Shown: positions 35,599 to 40,544 of the stretch, in pieces | Layout of the letters: each line of letters begins with the position of its first letter | How positions within the stretch are numbered: position 1 is the stretch's first letter | Source: Paramoeba atlantica | Lineage: Eukaryota > Protista > Discosea | Length of the DNA stretch: 40,544 bases | Reading direction: 5' to 3' | Assembly: GCA_977017575.1 (NCBI GenBank) | Contig: CDRNVI010000213.1 | Coordinates: 1-40,544, forward strand | Made by a program: the position numbers and the translations under genes | The notes under the pieces: model-generated | Databases searched by the model: none | What the model was told of the DNA's origin: nothing | The model's input: only the letters and a program-made list of their open reading frames with translations

Positions 35599-36491
35599 TT
35601 TCGTACCCTTCCTTTTTTTCTCTTTTTTTCTGTTTTTCTTCTTTCTTTGTCTCTCTTGTTCTTTTGTTCTTCTTTCTTTGTCTCTTCTCTTGTTCTTTCT
35701 TTCTTTCTGTTTTTTTTTCCTTTTGTTCTGTCTCTGTCTCTCTCTTGATTTCAGTTCTCGTTGAATCTCTTTTTTTGAGTTTTTGTTGTTCCTCTTTTTG
35801 GACGACATCCTCTTTTATTTTTGTTTCTTCTCTTCTTCCCATCTTTCTGCTGTTTCTCTTCTTTGCTGAGATTCTGTTTTGTGCTCCTCTCTCTCTCTCT
35901 CTTCTCTCTCTCTTGTATTTCATTTGGACATTTCATTTTGGTTCTGATTTGCCTCACAGTTTTGATTTCTTTCAGAGTCTTCTTTTTTCTCATTTTTTTA
36001 TCCATTTTTTGCCATTTTTCATTTTTGTGTTTTCCTCTCTTCTCTTTTTCTCTTTCTCCTCTCTTTCTCTCTTTCTCTTTTTTGGATCTTTTGTTGACAA
36101 GGTTTTTCTCTCTCTCTTTTGTGAATTATTCAGGCTTTCTTTTGTTGTTGTTGTTGTTGTGTGGGGTGTTGTGGATTGTGATTTAGGAGGAGTCTCTGGA
36201 CATTTTCGTTTTCTTCTTCTCCCTCTTTTACTGCTCGTTTTTTTGTATCCTCTCTCTTTTTTTTTGGAAATTTTGAGAAAAAGGTTTTTATTTTTATTTT
36301 TATTTTGATAATCTTCTTTTTTCTTGTTTTTATGTGTGTGTGTTTTATCAGTTTGTTCTCTTTTTGTTGTGTGTTGTGGTTATTGATTATTTATTGTTTC
36401 ACCCAGAGATCTTTCATCTATTTGACTTGTTTGTTCTTCTCTTTTCAAAAGTTGTTTCTATTTTTGTTGTTGGGTGGGACGTGAAAACAAA

Positions 36492-37487
36492 ATGAGTGAA
36501 GGAAAAAAAGGAGAGAAAAAGAGAGGAGGAATAGAGATTGTGGAGAGTGAGAATGAGAAAGAGAAACGAAAAACAAGAAAAGAAAAGAAAGAAGAACAAT
36601 CTGGTGATGATGATGATGATGAAAGTGATGTTGGAGAAGAACAAGAAATAGGAGATCAAGAACAACAAAGAAAAGAGCGAGAGGAAGAAGGAGAAAGAGA
36701 ACAAGAAGAAGAGATGATGAAAAGAAGAAGAAAGGAAGAAGAAGAGAAAAAGAAAAGATTTGAATGTGGAATATGTTTGGAATTGATGAATTGGGAAAAA
36801 GAACCAAGGTTGTTACCTTGTTGTGGTCTTTCTTTTTGCTCTCTTTGTCTTAACAAACTCTTACTTCTTCAAAACCCTTCTTCATCTCCTTCTTCTTCAC
36901 CCTCTTGCTCTTCTTCACCCCCTTCTTCTTCCCAACAATCAACTTCGGGTTTCTTCTTCTTTTTTTTTGATTTTTTTTTTCTTTTTCTTTTTTCTTTTTT
37001 CATTGTTACTCTTCTTGTTGTTTTTGAATTATTTGAACTTTTTTTAAACAACAAAAAAAATTAGGAGAAGTTCGATGTGTGAATTTCGAAACGTGTGGAG
37101 AACAAACTCAAATGTTTTGTTCTGATTGTAAAGTCTTTATTTGTGATTCTTGTGATCATTCTTCTCACTCCTCTTCTATTTTCTCTCGAAATCACAAACG
37201 ATGTGAAAGAGATGGTGTTGAGGGAAGAGGTGGAAGAAGAAGATTGGAAGAGGAGGGAGGGGTGGTGGGAGTGGGATTGGAGAATTTGAAGAAGAGAGAA
37301 TGTTCAAAACACCCATCTGAAACAATTTGGGGATATTGTTTTCAATGTTCTTCTTTTGTTTGTATTCGTTGTATTCTTGAAACACATGATGATCACAATG
37401 AGAAAGTGAAATCAATTGAAGAAAGTATTTTGGAGAAGAGGAATGAAGTTGTAAAGATTGGAGATAAATTGGAGAGAAGATTGATTG
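36492..37487 (+). pseudogene. TRIM-NHL copy 11: second half of RING deleted, gene truncated in the coiled coil
   Basis: Exon 1 (36492..36948) jumps from the Ser tract directly to SQQSTSG, losing KCPVC. Intron 36949..37064. Exon 2 encodes both B-boxes and then breaks at about 37487. Confidence 0.88.
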
Positions 37488-38093
37488 ATAAAAACCTGAT
37501 TGATTGGAGAAAGAGATCAAATTTGAAGAAAGAAGAACATCAATTGTTTCTGGAATCAAATAATTCATCGAAAGTGTTTCAACGCTTTCACATTCGTTCA
37601 CTTCTCTACAAACTGGACATTTCACTCCTTTCAAAGAAAGAAGAAGAAGAAGAAGAGGAAGAGGAAGAGGAGGAAGAAGAAGGATTTTGAAGAAGAAAGA
37701 GTTTGTTGAGACAAAGAAAACAAAAAGAAAGAGCACAACAAGGTAACAACCTTGGTTCTTTCTCCCAATTCATTAACTCCAAACATATTCCACATTCAAA
37801 TCTTTTCTTTTTCTCTTCTTCTTCCTTTCTTCTTCTTTTCATCACCTCTTCTTCTCTTTCTCTCTGTTCTCCTTCTTCATTTTGTTGTTCTCTCTTTCCA
37901 AGAACATCCTCACTTCTTCTTTCTCTTTCTTCTTTTTCATCATCATCTTTCTTAATCACAACAACATCATCCTTGCGATCTGTTGGATGTCCTTCCTCCT
38001 CTTTCTTTCCTCTTTTGGTTTTTCTCTTTTTCTCAGTTTCTAATTCTGATTTCTTTGTTCCTTCTTCTCCCCCTCCTCTCTTTTTTCACTCAT
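37488..38093 (-). pseudogene. TRIM-NHL copy 12: RING exon plus about 8 nt of intron only, frameshifted
   Basis: ATG at 38093 (MSEKR) goes out of frame within a few codons, and there is an extra T at the end of the Ser tract near 37637. The donor CAG|GTTTTTAT at 37496/37495 is immediately followed by antisense copy-11 sequence. Confidence 0.85.
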
Positions 38094-38351
38094 TATTTGT
38101 CTCTCTCTGTGTGGGGAAAAGAGATCAATCAAACAAGAAGAAGAAGAAGAAAAGGGAGTTTAAAAATAGGTGGATGAACCAAAAGAAAAGAAAAGAAAAG
38201 AAAAATACAAACATCTCTCAAAAAGACAGGAAAGGATAACAGAAAAAAAGAGAGGAAGAGAGAGACGCAAAATCTCTGACAACTATCCAAAGACATCCAA
38301 TTTTTTCTTGGGTTGTGAGAAAAACAAGAGAGAAGAGAAAGAGAGAGAAGA

Positions 38352-38810
38352 AGACTGAGAAGAGGGAGGAAAGAAGGAAAGAAGAAGAAGGGATTGAGAA
38401 GAAGAGAAAGAGACAGAGAGAGAGAAAGGTCCCAAACGAAGACACAGAAGAGAGAAGAGAGGAAAAAGAAAAAAACAAAAAAAAAAGAAGGGATACTTTT
38501 TCTCCAAAGCGGTTTCCAAAAACTCAAAAAGAGATCAAAGAGACAAGACAGTCAAAGAAAGAGGACAAACGAAAAACGAGAGAGTGAGGGAAGAAAAGGA
38601 AACAGAACAACAAAAGAAAAAAGAAAGGGTCTGAAAAGACGATTCAAAACTTTTTAAACATCTGAAAAAACCTTCTTTTTTTTTTGTTTTTTTCTTTTTC
38701 CTCTCTTCTCTCTTCTGTGTCTTCGTTTGGGACCTTTCTCTCTCTCTGTCTCTTTCTCTTCTTCTCAATCCCTTCTTCTTCTTTCCTTCTTTCCTCCCTC
38801 TTCTCAGTCT
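38352..38810. repeat. Perfect 140-bp inverted repeat (38352..38491 and 38671..38810) with a 179-bp spacer
   Basis: Base-by-base comparison gave 140/140 complementarity, with mismatches immediately on both sides. Confidence 0.92.
38637..38663. promoter_or_regulatory. Conserved 27-bp spacer motif, occurrence 5 (between divergent copies 12 and 13, inside the inverted-repeat spacer)
   Basis: AGACGATTCAAAACTTTTTAAACATCT; same 19-nt core. Confidence 0.45.
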
Positions 38811-39097
38811 CTCTCGTTTTCGTTTGTACCTCTCATTTTGTTTGGAGGGTCTTCTCAGTCTTCTTCTCTCTTCTCTTCTCTCTTGTTGTCTTCTTTTCTT
38901 TGCGGTTTTTGGTTTTTTGGATCTCTTCTTCACCTTTTTTTTGTTTATTTTTTGTCCAAAGTTTTGTATTTTTCTTCTTTTTGAAAAAAATTTTGTCAGA
39001 ACCTCATTCCTCCTCACTCTCTCAAAAGATTAGTTTTTCTCCATTTGTCCCTCTTTTTATTACTTTTGTGGCTTTGGTTCTCTTTTCTGTTGGTTTG

Positions 39098-39144
39098 ATT
39101 TTCATTTTCATTTCATTTTCATTTTCATTTTCATTTTCATTTTC
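39098..39144 (+). repeat. (ATTTTC)n tandem repeat
   Basis: About seven hexamer units, one imperfect, just upstream of copy 13. Confidence 0.8.
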
Positions 39145-39176
39145 CTCCATTAATCTCTTTTCCCGCACAGATCAAA

Positions 39177-40544
39177 ATGAGTGAAAATAGAGGAAAGAGA
39201 AAGAGAGGAAAGAGAACAGTGGAAACTGAGAAAAAGAGAAAAACCAAAAGAGGAAAAAAAGAGAAAGAAGAACAAACAACAGATTGTGGTGATGAACAAC
39301 AAAATGAAGGAGAAGGAGAAGAAGAGGTGATGAAAAGAAGAAGAAAGGAAGAAGAAGAGAAAAAGAAAAGATTTGAATGTGGAATATGTTTGGAATTGAT
39401 GAATTGGGAAAAAGAACCAAGGTTGTTACCTTGTTGTGGTCTTTCTTTTTGCTCTCTTTGTCTTAACAAACTCTTTCTTCTTCAAAATCCTCCTTCTTCT
39501 TCCTCTTCCTCTTCTTCTTCTTCTTCCTCTTCTTCTTTGAAAGGAGTGAAATGTCCAGTGTGTCGAGAAATGAACGAATGTGAAAGCGTTGAAACACTTT
39601 CGATGAATTATTTGATTCCAGAAACAATTGATGTTCTTCTTTCTTCCAATTTGATTTCTTTCTCCCAACAATCAACTTCAGGTTTTTACTTTTTCCTCCA
39701 ACTATTTTTTGGATTTTTTTCTTTTTTTTACTCTTGCCGTTTTTTTTTGGGGTGATTTGAAGTGAGACTCAAGACCACCCACCCTGTCACCTTCACTGAT
39801 TTAGTTTCTTATTTTTCTATAAACATAAAAAACAAAGCAGGAGAAGCTGTTGAAAGAAGATGTGTGAATTTTGAGACATGCAGAGAACAAACTCGAATGT
39901 ATTGTTCTGATTGTAAAGTCTTTATTTGTGATTCTTGTGATCCATCTCACTCTTCTTCTATTTTCACTCGAAATCACAAACAATTTGAAAGAGATGGTGT
40001 TGAGGGAGGTGGAAGAAGAAGAAGATTGGAAGAGGAGGGGGTGATGGGAGTGGGATTGGAGAATTTGAAGAAGAGAGAATGTTCAAAACACCCATCTGAA
40101 ACAATTTGTGGATACTGTTTTCAATGTTCTTCTTTTGTTTGTACTCGCTGTATTCTTAAAACACATGATGATCACATAAAGAAAGTGAAATCGATTGGAG
40201 AAAGTATTTTGGAGAAGAGAAATGAAGTTGTAAAGATTGGAGATAAATTGGAGAAAAGATTGATTTTGATTGAGGAAGAAAGAAAAAGAATTGAAGAAGA
40301 AATGAAAGAATTAGAAGAGAAATTAGAAAAGAAAAGAATTGAAAAGAAAGAAATAGAATTAGAGAAAGAAGATTTGAGAATAAGAAAAGATTCAATTATT
40401 CGTTTATCCAACACACCAACAACAACAACAACAACTGATTGTGATGTTTCTCTCTTTTTTGATGATCAACTTTTTTCAACTCTTCTTCAAACTGCAAATG
40501 ATATTGTTTTTGAAGGAGGTGTTGTTGGATTACTCAAACCAAAG
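39177..40544 (+). CDS. TRIM-NHL copy 13, 3'-truncated by the window end; exons 39177..39681 and 39841..>40544
   Basis: RING exon, 159-nt phase-1 intron 39682..39840, then both B-boxes, coiled coil and hinge, open to the last base. Confidence 0.88.

Noticed and set aside
37079-37736. Overlapping ORFs 37079..37690 (+) and 37176..37736 (-) as novel chimeric genes
   Set aside because: They are read-through products of the deletion junction between two pseudogenes, each running into the antisense strand of the other.
1091-39017. Numerous ORFs rich in F/L/S or K/E/R (apparent membrane or highly charged proteins)
   Set aside because: They arise from stop-poor purine/pyrimidine tracts or are antisense/off-frame shadows of the TRIM exons; they have no domain content.
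1-40544. tRNA, rRNA, prophage or bacterial operon features
   Set aside because: No cloverleaf with A/B boxes or rRNA-like segment was recognised, and gene structure is spliceosomal and eukaryotic.

Overview
AT-rich, gene-dense eukaryotic DNA with small spliceosomal introns (about 57-150 nt); the organism cannot be identified from the window, but it looks protist-like. The window is dominated by an array of 13 copies plus one short 3' remnant of a two-exon TRIM-NHL-type gene. Its architecture is a charged N-terminal tail, a RING interrupted by a poly-Ser tract, one phase-1 intron, B-box1, B-box2, coiled coil, poly-Thr hinge and NHL beta-propeller. Five copies are complete and intact, one has an in-frame deletion in the propeller, one runs off the window end, and the rest are disrupted or fragmentary. 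Neighbouring copies alternate in orientation. Coiled coil and propeller core strands are nearly invariant, while loop residues at equivalent positions of each NHL blade differ between almost all copies and are shared in a patchwork. This suggests a diversified ligand-recognition E3-ligase repertoire (inference). Also present: a compact LUC7-like gene, a divergent 14-3-3-like gene lacking the phospho-binding residues, a decayed RLE-type non-LTR retrotransposon 3' end, a 27-bp motif found once in each of five head-to-head spacers, and a perfect 140-bp inverted repeat flanking one of those motifs. Exon boundaries were assigned by eye from GT/AG sites and frame continuity.
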